64,000 nucleotides of DNA from Oscillospiraceae bacterium (GCA_021199335.1 JAJQIG010000038.1:1298-65297), one strand, 5' to 3'; shown: positions 41,305 to 51,800, numbered from the stretch's first letter. Notes: a model not told the origin generated them from the sequence alone. Program-made: numbers and translations.

Positions 41305-41326
41305 TAATAAAGGATGGATTTGTCAA

Positions 41327-42067
41327 ATGAAAAAAATTATTTCAATTTTTGCGGCAGTGACTGTAATGCTCTCGAGCTCGGCATTTGCCGCTTCTGCGGA
41401 AACGACTTCGGCGGATGATGCCGCTACATATTGCTTCGATTCCGATGTTTCCCTCGCTCAGTGGGAAGCCTATGGTTCAACGGCCGAAACGGGATTTTCG
41501 TTAAGCATAGATACCTCGATTAAGGAATCGGGCGATGGTTCACTTTGCGTAAGCGAAAATATTGCGGAGGATATTGATGCCGACAGCAGGTTCGGCGGGA
41601 CATACGTAAGCGCAGGAACGCTCGGGCTTGAATCCTTTAAGGGCTGCACGATTGAGATGTCGGTTTATCTTGATGAAGATGCAGCGGTTGCGGGCGGCTC
41701 GTTCACGATGTTTTCGGACGGAATAGTATGGCTGACCTCTGCAGTCACCTCGGAAAATGCCGGCAAATGGGTAACGCTTTCGTTGACCGTTCCCGAAAAT
41801 GCGGATAATACAAGAATTGGATTTACAATTCCTGTTTTCAGTCAGTATAACGGTAAAGCAGCGTATGTTGATAACCTCACCGTTTACAGCTCAGACGGAA
41901 CAGCTATTGCAAATGTTGGCGACCAAAAGATTTCTTCGGGTTCAATAGTGGTTTCACTCAGCACGGGTGCAAGAATTGCGCTTTTGATAGTGCTTGTTAT
42001 AATTATTGCGGCAGTTGTTGGAGGAATAGGATTTGTTGTTTCTTCCTTTATAAAGAGGTTTACTTAA
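41327..42067 (+). CDS. Secreted, C-terminally membrane-anchored protein with a carbohydrate-binding-module-like beta-sandwich domain
   Basis: Signal peptide MKKIISIFAAVTVMLSSSAFA, a CBM4/9-like pattern and a terminal TM. Confidence 0.5.
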   Translation: MKKIISIFAAVTVMLSSSAFAASAETTSADDAATYCFDSDVSLAQWEAYGSTAETGFSLSIDTSIKESGDGSLCVSENIAEDIDADSRFGGTYVSAGTLGLESFKGCTIEMSVYLDEDAAVAGGSFTMFSDGIVWLTSAVTSENAGKWVTLSLTVPENADNTRIGFTIPVFSQYNGKAAYVDNLTVYSSDGTAIANVGDQKISSGSIVVSLSTGARIALLIVLVIIIAAVVGGIGFVVSSFIKRFT

Positions 42068-42085
42068 TAAAATTATATGGTTTTG

Positions 42086-42116
42086 AGCCGCTGCATTTAG
42101 GTGCAGCGGCTTTTTG
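42086..42116 (+). terminator. Rho-independent terminator
   Basis: AGCCGCTGCA...TGCAGCGGCT followed by TTTTT. Confidence 0.8.
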
Positions 42117-42160
42117 ATTATGAAAAAAGGTGAAAATTTATATTTTTTTTAGAAAAGCCC

Positions 42161-42189
42161 TTGACAAATTATTCAGGTGGTGTATAATA
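42161..42189 (+). promoter_or_regulatory. Consensus sigma-A promoter of the hrcA operon (TTGACA-N17-TATAAT)
   Basis: Hexamers at 42161-42166 and 42184-42189. Confidence 0.8.
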
Positions 42190-42192
42190 TAC

Positions 42193-42219
42193 TTAGCACT
42201 CAAGGATGAGGAGTGCTAA
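42193..42219 (+). promoter_or_regulatory. CIRCE operator (HrcA binding site)
   Basis: Perfect TTAGCACTC-N9-GAGTGCTAA immediately after the -10 hexamer. Confidence 0.95.
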
Positions 42220-42276
42220 CAGAGTGCTGAATTAAGTGCTAATATATTGGTATACTAATTGTTATCCGAATTTGCA

Positions 42277-43350
42277 ATGTTGGGAGTGATTGTTCTGCTG
42301 GATGACAGGAAATTAAAAATACTTGCCGCTGTTATTAATGAGTATATTGTGACGGGCGAGCCTGTCAGCTCTAAGTCGATTGCGTCAATGCCCGACATGA
42401 GGGTTTCCCCCGCAACTATAAGAAATGATATGGCAATGCTCGAGCAGCTTGGCTATCTCGAACAGCCGCATACTTCGGCAGGAAGAATCCCAACCTACAG
42501 CGGTTATAGGCTTTATATCGATAAGCTCATGCCGGAATATTCGCTCAGCGATGATGATAAAAGGTTGCTTGACGATATTTTGAATGTCGAGGTTCCGACA
42601 GCTGATACGCTTATAGAAAATGCGTCAAGGGCGCTTGCGGAGCTTACTCATTGCGCGGCAGTTGCGAAAAATGTTTCACCGAGGTTTTCCGTTATTACAA
42701 AGGTTGAGGTCATACCCACAGGACGGAGGATGTACGTCCTGCTGATGGTTACTTCATCGGGCGATATAAAAAATAAGGTGTGTCGGCTGGAATTTGACCT
42801 TACCGATGAGCAGCTTGAATTTTTCAGCGGCTATATGGCGGAAAATTTGCAGGGAATTTCAATTGATGAGCTTTCGGATGAGGCTATGCATAACCTTGCC
42901 GCGGCAATGGGCACATATATGATAACGCTTGCACCGCTTATCGAGGGAGTTTGCGAGCTTGCCGAGGGCTTTCGTGACAACGAGGTCGTTGTTGCGGGAG
43001 AAAAAAATCTTCTCGCAAGAACCGATATTGATAATGACCAGATCGCCAATTTCTTTGAACATAAAAACGAGGTTGTTAAAATGCTTGACGACAGCTTCGG
43101 GGATTTGCAGGTTATGTTCGGCGAAAACGGTGACTTTGTTATCGAAAATTCCAGCATTATTGTTTCAAAAATAAAAAAGGACGGAAAAACCGCGGGTTCT
43201 CTCGGGGTTATTGGGCCGTTGCGAATTAATTATGCGAGAATTATACCCTATATTGAATATCTCACAGGCCGCATTACCGAAATGATTTCGGAGGATGAGC
43301 CTAATGGGTCGGCGGGGGATATAAAATCTCTTCCGCAGAAGGACGAATGA
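42277..43350 (+). CDS. hrcA: Heat-inducible transcription repressor HrcA
   Basis: LDDRKLKILAAVINEYIVTGEPVSSKSIA... The exact start is uncertain. Confidence 0.9.
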   Translation: MLGVIVLLDDRKLKILAAVINEYIVTGEPVSSKSIASMPDMRVSPATIRNDMAMLEQLGYLEQPHTSAGRIPTYSGYRLYIDKLMPEYSLSDDDKRLLDDILNVEVPTADTLIENASRALAELTHCAAVAKNVSPRFSVITKVEVIPTGRRMYVLLMVTSSGDIKNKVCRLEFDLTDEQLEFFSGYMAENLQGISIDELSDEAMHNLAAAMGTYMITLAPLIEGVCELAEGFRDNEVVVAGEKNLLARTDIDNDQIANFFEHKNEVVKMLDDSFGDLQVMFGENGDFVIENSSIIVSKIKKDGKTAGSLGVIGPLRINYARIIPYIEYLTGRITEMISEDEPNGSAGDIKSLPQKDE

Positions 43351-43364
43351 AAGGAGTTTTGCCA

Positions 43365-43901
43365 ATGGAAAATTCACAGGAAAATATGGAGCTTGAGGAG
43401 GAAGAGGCAAAAGAGGAAACCCAAACCGATGCAGCATCGGAGGAAAGCTCGAATGACAGCAATGCAACGGAGAAGCTTGAAAAGGCGCTTGCCGATGAAA
43501 AGGATAAGTACCTTAGAATCGTGGCGGAGTACGATAATTTCCGCAAACGTTCCGTAAATGACAGGCTTAACGCAGCTGCGGATGCGCAATCAAGGGTTGT
43601 TGAGGAATTCCTTTCCGTTATAGATAACTTTGAACGTGCCCTTGCTGCCGAATGCTCCGATGAGAATTACAAAAAGGGAGTTGAAATGATTTTCAATCAA
43701 TTTAATTCGATTCTTGCTAAGCTCGGCGTAACGGAGATTGAATCATTGAATCAAGTATTTGACCCGAAGGTTCATCATGCGGTGAGCCAAATTGAGGATG
43801 AAAATTTTGGGGAGAACACAGTTTGTCAGGTATTTCAGAAGGGCTATAAGCTTGGAGATAAGATTATAAGGTGCGCTATGGTTGCCGTGGCAAACCCCTA
43901 A
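43365..43901 (+). CDS. grpE: Nucleotide exchange factor GrpE
   Basis: YLRIVAEYDNFRKR motif. AAAGGAG RBS favours the ATG at 43365. Confidence 0.9.
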   Translation: MENSQENMELEEEEAKEETQTDAASEESSNDSNATEKLEKALADEKDKYLRIVAEYDNFRKRSVNDRLNAAADAQSRVVEEFLSVIDNFERALAAECSDENYKKGVEMIFNQFNSILAKLGVTEIESLNQVFDPKVHHAVSQIEDENFGENTVCQVFQKGYKLGDKIIRCAMVAVANP

Positions 43902-43956
43902 AGGCTCATTGATTAAAATTACAGTATAAATTATATATTTGAAAGGAAGATTTTTT

Positions 43957-45795
43957 ATGTCAAAGATTATTGGTATTGATTTAGGTACAACAAACTCTTG
44001 CGTAGCCGTTATGGAGGGCGGAAACGCAGTCGTTATAGCTAATACAGAGGGCGCAAGAACAACTCCTTCCGTTGTAGGCTTCACAAAAACGGGAGAAAGA
44101 CTTGTGGGCCAGGTTGCAAAGCGTCAGGCTGTAACAAATGCCGAGAGAACCATTTCTTCAATAAAAAGACATATGGGTTCCGATTACAAGGTAACAATTG
44201 ATAACAAGAGCTATACTCCGCAGGAAATTTCCGCTATGATTCTCCAGAAGCTTAAGGCAGATGCTGAGGCTTATATCGGTGAGCCTGTTACAGAAGCCGT
44301 TATTACCGTTCCTGCATATTTTACCGATGCTCAGCGTCAGGCTACAAAGGATGCCGGTCAGATTGCGGGACTTAACGTAAAGAGAATTATCAACGAGCCT
44401 ACCGCGGCTGCTCTTTCCTACGGCATTGATAAGGAAGACGATCAAAAGGTTATGGTCTACGACCTTGGCGGCGGCACATTCGATGTTTCCATCATCGAGA
44501 TGGGCGACGGCGTTCAGCAGGTTCTTGCAACAGCAGGAAATAACCGCCTTGGCGGCGATGACTTCGACCAGAGAATTATCAACTGGATGGTTGATGAGTT
44601 TAAGAAGGCGGAGGGCATTGACCTTACGGGCGATAAAATGGCTATGCAGCGTCTTAAAGAGGCAGCTGAAAAGGCTAAGATTGAACTTTCTTCAACTCCA
44701 AGCTCAACAATCAACCTCCCTTATATAACAGCGGATGCAACAGGCCCGAAGCATATGGAGCTTACTCTTACACAGGCTAAGTTTAACGAGCTTACCTCCG
44801 ACCTTGTTCAATCCACAATGGGCCCCGTTAAGCAGGCTCTTTCGGACAGCGGTCTTAGCATTTCCGAAATTAACAAGGTTCTGATGGTTGGCGGTTCTTC
44901 AAGAATCCCCGCTGTTCAGGATGCTGTTAAGAGCTTTATCGGAAAGGATCCGTTTAAGGGCATTAACCCCGATGAGTGTGTTGCCCTCGGCGCTGCGCTC
45001 CAGGGCGGTGTTCTCGGCGGAGATGTTACCGGACTTCTTCTTCTTGATGTTACGCCCCTTTCCCTCGGCATTGAAACCGCAGGCGGCGTATGTACAAAGA
45101 TGATTGAGAGAAATACCACAATTCCTACAAAGAAATCGCAGGTATTCTCCACATTCGCAGATAATCAGACTGCTGTTGATATTAACGTCCTCCAGGGTGA
45201 GCGTGAGTTCGCAAAGGATAACAAGCAGCTCGGAATGTTCCGACTTGACGGAATTGCTCCCGCTCCGAGAGGAATCCCACAAATTGAGGTTACCTTCGAT
45301 ATCGATGCAAACGGCATCGTAAATGTATCCGCAAAGGATCTCGGTACAGGTAAGGAACAGCATATTTCCATCACCTCTTCAACGAATATGTCCAAGGAGG
45401 ATATTCAGAAGGCTGTTGATGAAGCCGCTAAGTTTGCGGAGGAGGATAAGAAGCGCAAGGAAGCTGTTGATGTTAAGAATAACGCAGATAACCTTGTGTT
45501 CCAGTGCGAGAAGTCCCTTGCAGACTTTGGCGATAAGGTAAGCGCAGAGGATAAGGCTGCTGTTCAGCCCAAGATTGACGCTCTCAAGGAGGCTGCAAAG
45601 ACCGATAATACAGAAGATATAAAGGCTAAGACAGAGGAGCTTCAGAAGGCATTCTCCGATGTTGCAACAAAGGTTTACCAGGCAGCGGGCGCAGCCGCTC
45701 AGGCTGAGCAGGGTGCGGCTGATAACGGCGGAAATGATGATAACGGCGGAAGCAACGGCGATTTCGTTGATGCTGATTTCAAGGACGCTGAATAA
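43957..45795 (+). CDS. dnaK: Chaperone DnaK (Hsp70)
   Basis: [15 protein letters not shown]...[10 protein letters not shown]... Confidence 0.97.
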   Translation: MSKIIGIDLGTTNSCVAVMEGGNAVVIANTEGARTTPSVVGFTKTGERLVGQVAKRQAVTNAERTISSIKRHMGSDYKVTIDNKSYTPQEISAMILQKLKADAEAYIGEPVTEAVITVPAYFTDAQRQATKDAGQIAGLNVKRIINEPTAAALSYGIDKEDDQKVMVYDLGGGTFDVSIIEMGDGVQQVLATAGNNRLGGDDFDQRIINWMVDEFKKAEGIDLTGDKMAMQRLKEAAEKAKIELSSTPSSTINLPYITADATGPKHMELTLTQAKFNELTSDLVQSTMGPVKQALSDSGLSISEINKVLMVGGSSRIPAVQDAVKSFIGKDPFKGINPDECVALGAALQGGVLGGDVTGLLLLDVTPLSLGIETAGGVCTKMIERNTTIPTKKSQVFSTFADNQTAVDINVLQGEREFAKDNKQLGMFRLDGIAPAPRGIPQIEVTFDIDANGIVNVSAKDLGTGKEQHISITSSTNMSKEDIQKAVDEAAKFAEEDKKRKEAVDVKNNADNLVFQCEKSLADFGDKVSAEDKAAVQPKIDALKEAAKTDNTEDIKAKTEELQKAFSDVATKVYQAAGAAAQAEQGAADNGGNDDNGGSNGDFVDADFKDAE

Positions 45796-45897
45796 AGCCG
45801 AAACACATCAATATATCGGGGCAGTACCCGAATATCATACGGCATCAAAAGGTCAGATAATCTCTGACCTTGAGGTGTTTATCAACGGAGGCTTAAA

Positions 45898-47055
45898 ATG
45901 GCTGATAAAAGAGATTATTATGAAGTCCTCGGCGTGGATAAAAATGCCTCCGCAGAGGATATAAAAAAGGCGTACAGGCAGCTTGCCAAAAAATATCACC
46001 CCGACCTTAATCCTGATAATAAAGAGGCTGAGGAAAAGTTTAAGGAAGTCAATGAAGCATATGAGGTCCTTTCCGATGAGGATAAAAAGGCTCGCTACGA
46101 CCAGTTCGGTCATGCGGGCGTAGACCCGTCATACGGCGGTGGCGGCTATGGCGGAGGTTTTAGCGGCGGTTTTGGAGATATGGGCGACATCGGAGATATT
46201 TTCAACAGCTTCTTTGGCGGAGGCTTCAGTGGTTCATCAAGCCGTTCAAGCGCCAACGCGCCGAGAAGAGGTCAAGATATTACCGTAAGTATTACCATTA
46301 ACTTTATGGAGGCTTGCTTTGGTAAGGAGGTTGAGGTTTCTGTTAATCGTATGGAGAAGTGTCCCGATTGCGGCGGCACAGGCTCAGCATCAGGTTCAAG
46401 CACAGAAATCTGCCCCGATTGCCACGGCTCGGGTCAGGTTAAGGTTACACAGCGTACACCATTCGGTATGATTTCCACACAAAGCCCGTGTTCACGCTGC
46501 GGAGGAAAGGGTAAAATTATTACTAATCCTTGCCCCAAATGTCATGGCAACGGCAGAACCAATACTTCAAAGAAGATAAGCGTCAGTGTCCCTGCGGGCA
46601 TCGACGACGGTCAGACATTAAGAGTTCCGAAGCAGGGCAACTCGGGTATAAACGGCGGACAGAACGGGGATTTGCTTGTCAATGTTACGGTTCGTCCCGA
46701 CTCCATTTTTGAGCGCGACGGTTACGATATTCATACCGAGGTTCCGATTACTTATTCCCAGGCGGTTCTTGGAGATGAAATTACCGTTCCAACAATTGAC
46801 GGAAAGGTTAAATACACTATTCCCGAGGGTACCCAAAATGGCGCAACATTCCGCTTCAAGGGTAAGGGCGTACAGAAATTGAACAGCAGAAATTCCGCAA
46901 GAGGAGATCAGTTCGTCCATGTCAATATTGAAGTACCGAAGGGCCTTACAAAAGAGCAGAAGGATTTGCTCCGTGAGTTCGATAAATCAATGAGTGAAGA
47001 GAACTACAATAAGCGCAGATCGTTCTTTGATAAGCTTAAAGAAGCCTTTAAATAA
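45898..47055 (+). CDS. dnaJ: Co-chaperone DnaJ
   Basis: J domain (YHPDLNP), G/F region and four CxxCxGxG zinc motifs. Confidence 0.95.
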   Translation: MADKRDYYEVLGVDKNASAEDIKKAYRQLAKKYHPDLNPDNKEAEEKFKEVNEAYEVLSDEDKKARYDQFGHAGVDPSYGGGGYGGGFSGGFGDMGDIGDIFNSFFGGGFSGSSSRSSANAPRRGQDITVSITINFMEACFGKEVEVSVNRMEKCPDCGGTGSASGSSTEICPDCHGSGQVKVTQRTPFGMISTQSPCSRCGGKGKIITNPCPKCHGNGRTNTSKKISVSVPAGIDDGQTLRVPKQGNSGINGGQNGDLLVNVTVRPDSIFERDGYDIHTEVPITYSQAVLGDEITVPTIDGKVKYTIPEGTQNGATFRFKGKGVQKLNSRNSARGDQFVHVNIEVPKGLTKEQKDLLREFDKSMSEENYNKRRSFFDKLKEAFK

Positions 47056-47065
47056 AATGCGTTAA

Positions 47066-47105
47066 GCCTTGCGTGTAATGTATAGTACACGCAAGGCATT
47101 TTTGC
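47066..47105 (+). terminator. Rho-independent terminator after dnaJ
   Basis: GCCTTGCGTGTA...TACACGCAAGGC followed by ATTTTTG. Confidence 0.8.
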
Positions 47106-47134
47106 TTTTATTTCATGCATCATCCGTTTTGCTC

Positions 47135-47189
47135 TTGACAAAGGGGTCTAAAGATGCTATAATTTACTTAGGTTAGCTATGGCTAACCT
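47135..47189 (+). promoter_or_regulatory. Perfect consensus promoter (TTGACA-N17-TATAAT) followed by an 8-4-8 palindrome AGGTTAGC-TATG-GCTAACCT
   Basis: Hexamers at 47135-47140 and 47158-47163; palindrome at 47170-47189. Confidence 0.5.
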
Positions 47190-47221
47190 GTGGCTTTGGC
47201 TTGTTGAAAGGAGATATTCTG

Positions 47222-47599
47222 ATGACAACTGCAATAATTATTATCGCATTAATTGTAATAGCCGTTCTGACGGTGAAAAGCTATACCAAAAAACTTGCAA
47301 AGGGCTGCTGCGGCGGAGGAAAGGATAATGAAATACGTATGGGCAGTCAGATAAATAAATCCGACTGCCCATACTGCTACAAAATTGTAATCGGTGGAAT
47401 GAAGTGCGCAAACTGTTCCGTGAGGATTGAAAATTCATTTAACAGACAGAGCGGAGTATCCGCCGAGGTCAGCCTTGACGATAAAACGGCAACGGTCTGT
47501 TCCATGAGTCCGATTTCTGAGCTTATGCTGAGAAAAACTGTTATTGACCTCGGTTATTCCGTTGAAGGTGTTGCAAATGTAAGCGGCAAAATGGAATAA
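47222..47599 (+). CDS. Membrane-anchored heavy-metal-associated (HMA) domain protein with a Cys-rich juxtamembrane segment
   Basis: N-terminal TM, then KGCCGGG, then GMKCANC in a ferredoxin-like HMA fold. Confidence 0.6.
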   Translation: MTTAIIIIALIVIAVLTVKSYTKKLAKGCCGGGKDNEIRMGSQINKSDCPYCYKIVIGGMKCANCSVRIENSFNRQSGVSAEVSLDDKTATVCSMSPISELMLRKTVIDLGYSVEGVANVSGKME

Positions 47600-47621
47600 A
47601 CCGAAATAACGGTTGATTTTC

Positions 47622-48854
47622 TTACATATCAACAACGGTTATCTTGTCCAATATCCCGCTGAGATGCGCAATTGTAACGCCGTAGTTTGTCATAGGAATC
47701 TGCTGCGATTTTGCACGGTCAATACGTGACAAAATATATTTGCGGTTAAACATACAACCTCCGCACTGGATAATTAGGTCGTATCCCGACAAATTCTCGG
47801 GAAAATCCGTTCCGCTTACAATGTCAACCGTCAGACCATCGCCTGTTCTTTTCCTCAGCATACGTGGGATTTTGACCCTTCCGATGTCCTCTGCAAGCGG
47901 CGCATGGGTGCAGCATTCGGCAATTAAAATCTTGGATTTTTCGGTTAATGCATCGATTGCCTTTGCGCCCTCCATGTAATAGGGGAGATCCCCTTTATAT
48001 GCCGCAAAAAGCACAGAAAACGATGTAAGCATACTTTCCTGAGGCTTGTTTTCGTAAACATAACCGAACGCCTGCGAATCGGTGATAATGAGTTTTGGCG
48101 GTTTTGATAAAAGCTTTAGCGCATTTGTGAGCTTGTCCGTTGTTACGCAGATTACGGTGCATTTTTTATCCAAAAGCTCACGGAGAGTTTGTACCTGGGG
48201 AAGAATAAGTCTGCCCTTAGGCGCTTGTATGTCCTGCGGCATAACAAGGAGCACTGAATCATCCTCCGAAACTAAGCCTCCCGTAATAAATTCCGCCCCG
48301 AAGCTTTCAGGCATAAGGCGAACAAGAGCCGACTTAACCTCATCCATGCCAATGCGGTTCTTTGCGCTGACCGAAAGTGCCCTTTCACCCGTTTCCTCCG
48401 CTATCCATTCCGCAAGCGCACCCGCCGATTTGTCTAAGTCCGACTTGTTAATCAGGAAAAGTACGGGAGTGTGCCTTTTCTTAAAATAGGAATACCATTG
48501 ATTCTCTGTCGGATAGCATTCTGCGAAGCTTTTCTTAAACTCCGTCCCCATGCCGCAAAGGATAATTACAGCAATGTCCGTTTTTTCTGCCGCAAGGGCG
48601 GTTTTTTCCATCCTGAGATCCCTTAGATTGCTTTCATCGCCAAAGCCTGCGGTGTCGATAAGAACGCATGGACCGAGCGGATGAATTTCCATTGATTTGT
48701 AAACAGGATCCGTTGTAGTTCCGTCAACATCGGCAACGATGGATACATCCTGATTTGTAAATGCGTTTATAAATGATGATTTTCCGCTGTTTGTCTTTCC
48801 GAAAATGCCTATATGAAGCCGATTGCTGTTCGGAGTTTCGTTTAAAGTAGCCAT
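47622..48854 (-). CDS. hydF: [FeFe]-hydrogenase maturation GTPase HydF
   Basis: HIGIFGKTNSGKSSFINAF...DTAGF, with C-terminal Cys residues. GGAGGG RBS 6 nt upstream of the ATG at 48854. Confidence 0.85.
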   Translation of the reverse strand: MATLNETPNSNRLHIGIFGKTNSGKSSFINAFTNQDVSIVADVDGTTTDPVYKSMEIHPLGPCVLIDTAGFGDESNLRDLRMEKTALAAEKTDIAVIILCGMGTEFKKSFAECYPTENQWYSYFKKRHTPVLFLINKSDLDKSAGALAEWIAEETGERALSVSAKNRIGMDEVKSALVRLMPESFGAEFITGGLVSEDDSVLLVMPQDIQAPKGRLILPQVQTLRELLDKKCTVICVTTDKLTNALKLLSKPPKLIITDSQAFGYVYENKPQESMLTSFSVLFAAYKGDLPYYMEGAKAIDALTEKSKILIAECCTHAPLAEDIGRVKIPRMLRKRTGDGLTVDIVSGTDFPENLSGYDLIIQCGGCMFNRKYILSRIDRAKSQQIPMTNYGVTIAHLSGILDKITVVDM

Positions 48855-48867
48855 ATATTTCCCTCCA

Positions 48868-50286
48868 TCAGAAACGGAAGTCGCGTTTTCCCTCCGCAAT
48901 GTCGTGTATATGCTCATATGCCGTTTGCTTTACCTTGGGATTAGGTATCTTCTCAAGCTCACGGTCAATCATCTCAATGCCAAGCTTTTTGGTTTCTTCG
49001 CTTGCATAATCCTCAAGGTACTCTTTTAGGGTCATAAGCGCATTCGGGTGACAGCAGTTCAAAATCTGCATATTCTTGCAAAGCGCCATAAAACGATCGC
49101 CCGTTCTGCCCTCACGGTAGCACGCTGTGCAGAATGAGGGAATGTATCCGAGCTTTATAAGCCAGCCAACAACTTCATCGAGGGAACGTTGGTCGCTGAC
49201 GTCAAACTGAGCCGAGTTGTCCTCCTCCGCTTCGGGCTCGGCGTAACCTCCGACACTTGTGCGTGAGCCTCCGCTGATTTGCGATACGCCGAGTGGGAGA
49301 ACCATTTCGCGTACCTTCTGGCTTTCTCTTGTGGAAATAATCATTCCCGTATATGGCACGCTGACACGAATGAGCGCACAAATTTTCGCAAAAATATCAT
49401 CGCTGATGCCGTTATCGAAATCGTTCGGGTCGATGTCGTCCGCGCGCTTTACTCGGGGAACGCTTATCGTATGCGGGCCTACACCGTGGACTGCCTCCAA
49501 ATGCTCTGCGTGCATCAAAATTCCCGCAAATTCATAGCGGTACATTTCAAGGCCGAATAAAACGCCGAGTCCTACATCATCTATACCGCCCTCCATTGCA
49601 CGGTCCATTGCCTCGGTGTGATATGCATAGTCGTGCTTAGGGCCTGTCGGGTGAAGCTGTTCATAGGACTTTTTATTGTATGTTTCCTGGAAAAGGATGT
49701 AGGTTCCGATTCCTTTTTCCTTCAGCTTGCGATAATTTTCAACCGTTGTTGCCGCAATATTAACATTTACACGGCGAATTGCCCCGTTTTTGTGTTTTAT
49801 GCTGTAAATAGTATCAATACATTCCAAAATGTATTCTATGGGGTTATTTACGGGGTCTTCTCCCGCTTCGATTGCCAAACGCTTGTGACCCATATCCTGA
49901 AGTGCGGTGACTTCCTTTATGATTTCCTCCTGAGTCAGCTTTTTTCTTGCGATATGTTTATTTTTTGCGTGGTATGGACAGTATACACAGCCGTTAACGC
50001 AGTAGTTGGACAGGTACAGCGGCGCAAAAAGCACAATACGGTTGCCGTAATAATCCTGCTTAATCTGCTTTGCAAGATCGTATACTTCGGCAAGCCTTTC
50101 TTCGTTTTCACAGGCAAGAAGAACGGATGCCTCCCTGTGGTTTAAGCCCTTTCTGAGCTTTGCCTTTTCGATAATTTTGTCAATCAGCTCCAAATTGTCC
50201 TTGTTTGCATCCGCATATTCAAGCGTTTCACGGATTTCCTCATCGGAGATAAATTCCTCCGCCTTTAAAGATTTTGCGTTGTACAT
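48868..50286 (-). CDS. hydG: [FeFe]-hydrogenase maturation radical SAM enzyme HydG
   Basis: CVNGCVYC radical SAM motif and the C-terminal CTACYREGRTGDRFM...C cluster motif. Confidence 0.9.
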   Translation of the reverse strand: MYNAKSLKAEEFISDEEIRETLEYADANKDNLELIDKIIEKAKLRKGLNHREASVLLACENEERLAEVYDLAKQIKQDYYGNRIVLFAPLYLSNYCVNGCVYCPYHAKNKHIARKKLTQEEIIKEVTALQDMGHKRLAIEAGEDPVNNPIEYILECIDTIYSIKHKNGAIRRVNVNIAATTVENYRKLKEKGIGTYILFQETYNKKSYEQLHPTGPKHDYAYHTEAMDRAMEGGIDDVGLGVLFGLEMYRYEFAGILMHAEHLEAVHGVGPHTISVPRVKRADDIDPNDFDNGISDDIFAKICALIRVSVPYTGMIISTRESQKVREMVLPLGVSQISGGSRTSVGGYAEPEAEEDNSAQFDVSDQRSLDEVVGWLIKLGYIPSFCTACYREGRTGDRFMALCKNMQILNCCHPNALMTLKEYLEDYASEETKKLGIEMIDRELEKIPNPKVKQTAYEHIHDIAEGKRDFRF

Positions 50287-50315
50287 AAGCTTCTCCTTCC
50301 CGCCTTTATTTGGCG

Positions 50316-50462
50316 ATTCAATAAGGGGCATCGCCCCGTCATTCAACGAACGACTGGGGGCGTTAGCCCCTTAGGGGTTTCAGTGGGCGGATTGCATCCA
50401 CCCACTGAAAGACCGTATGCTCCCCGCCTGAAGAGGCGGGGGACATCAGTCGTGAGTTATAT
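50316..50462 (-). repeat. GC-rich multi-hairpin element, copy 2 (hydE-hydG intergenic, hydG leader)
   Basis: The reverse complement is about 90% identical to 9222-9368. Hairpin 2 differs by changes on both arms that keep the pairing. Confidence 0.7.
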
Positions 50463-50467
50463 TGTTT

Positions 50468-51514
50468 TTATTCTGCATAATCTCCCCTTGATATAACAAC
50501 GTGGCAGCCGATTTCCTCCATGCGCCGCTCCATACAGGATCGGCATTCCGCAGCCTCGTCGCCGGTACAGATTTTGTTGTCATAAAGCTCGTATTTTTTT
50601 CTTACAGAAACAGGGGAAAGGTTCGGCATAACAACATTTGCCCCTGAAAGAATGCCCTTTTCCCTGCCCTGCGGATGGATAGTGCCGAGCGCTGTTGTGG
50701 ATGGCAGAAGCACCCTTGGGCAAATCAGTCGGATAACAGAGAGCAGCCGTAGGGTTTCCTCCATTGTTCCCGCCTTCATTTTCGCAAACGGCGTGTCATG
50801 CTGCGGAATAAACGGCCCAATCCCCACCATATGTGGGTTTAGCTCCCGAATAAACTGTATGTCTGAATACAAGGTTTTCACGGTTTGATATGGCGAGCCA
50901 ACCATAAATCCGCAGCCCACCTGATAGCCGATTTCCTTTAAATTCCAAAGACATTGCTTGCGATTTGATAATGACATTTCCCTCGGGTGCAGCCTTCGGT
51001 AATGCTCATCATCTGCGGTTTCATGCCGAAGGAGATACCTGTTTGCTCCCGCATCAAAATATTTTTGATAGCTTTCCTTTGTTTTTTCACCTATTGAAAG
51101 GGTAATGGCGCAGTCCGAGTATTTTTCCCTTATCCCCGATACAACAGCGCAGATTCTTTCATCCGTAAAATAAGGATCCTCTCCACCCTGCAGGACAAAT
51201 GTGCGGAATCCAAGCTCATACCCCGACCTACAGCATTCCATAATCTGCTCCGTGCTTAAACGGTAACGGTCGGCGTTTGTGTTGCTTCGCCTTATGCCGC
51301 AGTAAAGGCAGTCATTCCTGCAATAATTGGTGAATTCAATCAGTCCTCGTATATAAACCGCATTGCCGTAGACCTCATGTGCGGTTGTTCTTGCAAGACT
51401 GTGGAGGTATTCAATTCCCTGCTCATCATCCGTTGTAAGTAGTTCTTCAAGCTCATTCGGGGTGATGTTTCGTGTTTCCTTAATCCTGTCCGCAATTCTA
51501 ATTATTTTCTCCAT
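50468..51514 (-). CDS. hydE: [FeFe]-hydrogenase maturation radical SAM enzyme HydE
   Basis: NYCRNDCLYCGIR motif and BioB-like fold length. Confidence 0.85.
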   Translation of the reverse strand: MEKIIRIADRIKETRNITPNELEELLTTDDEQGIEYLHSLARTTAHEVYGNAVYIRGLIEFTNYCRNDCLYCGIRRSNTNADRYRLSTEQIMECCRSGYELGFRTFVLQGGEDPYFTDERICAVVSGIREKYSDCAITLSIGEKTKESYQKYFDAGANRYLLRHETADDEHYRRLHPREMSLSNRKQCLWNLKEIGYQVGCGFMVGSPYQTVKTLYSDIQFIRELNPHMVGIGPFIPQHDTPFAKMKAGTMEETLRLLSVIRLICPRVLLPSTTALGTIHPQGREKGILSGANVVMPNLSPVSVRKKYELYDNKICTGDEAAECRSCMERRMEEIGCHVVISRGDYAE

Positions 51515-51516
51515 AG

Positions 51517-51780
51517 TCAATTGTCGTTTTTTTCGATAATGTTTGAATATACTGTCTTTGCACTTATCCCGTCAAGCCTGCCGATTTTTCCCGAAAGCGT
51601 GTTAACGGTATCCTGCGGCGCATCTATTGCAATGCTTATGATGCTTATACCACGTTTGTGGTATGGAATTCCCATTCTTCCGACAATATAAGCTCCGTAT
51701 TCATGAAGAATCTGATTCAGCTGTTCAACGGAATCACGGTTTTCCACAATAATTCCGATTAATGCTACTCTTGTTTCCAT
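51517..51780 (-). CDS. TM1266-family putative iron-only hydrogenase system regulator (ACT-like, 87 aa)
   Basis: METRVALIGIIVENRDSVEQLNQILHEYGAYIVGRMGIPY... GGAGG RBS; immediately upstream of hydE. Confidence 0.7.
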   Translation of the reverse strand: METRVALIGIIVENRDSVEQLNQILHEYGAYIVGRMGIPYHKRGISIISIAIDAPQDTVNTLSGKIGRLDGISAKTVYSNIIEKNDN

Positions 51781-51800
51781 AAAAAACCTCCATGTAAAGT

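Noticed and set aside
41102-41326. N-terminal extension of the ORF at 41102-42067
   Set aside because: The extension reads through element copy C. A canonical signal peptide starts at the internal ATG at 41327, with an upstream purine-rich RBS.
47600-47645. Imperfect hairpin between the HMA gene and hydF as a bidirectional terminator
   Set aside because: The stem is interrupted and overlaps the hydF 3' end. It is too weak to call from sequence alone.
9222-50462. The two inverted GC-rich elements as ends of a transposon or invertible 41-kb segment
   Set aside because: No transposase, integrase or invertase lies between or beside them. The interior is core housekeeping (spoIIE, glg, dnaK operon). 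Both copies sit in the same position relative to a downstream start codon, which fits leaders rather than mobile-element termini. Homologous inversion remains possible but has no support.
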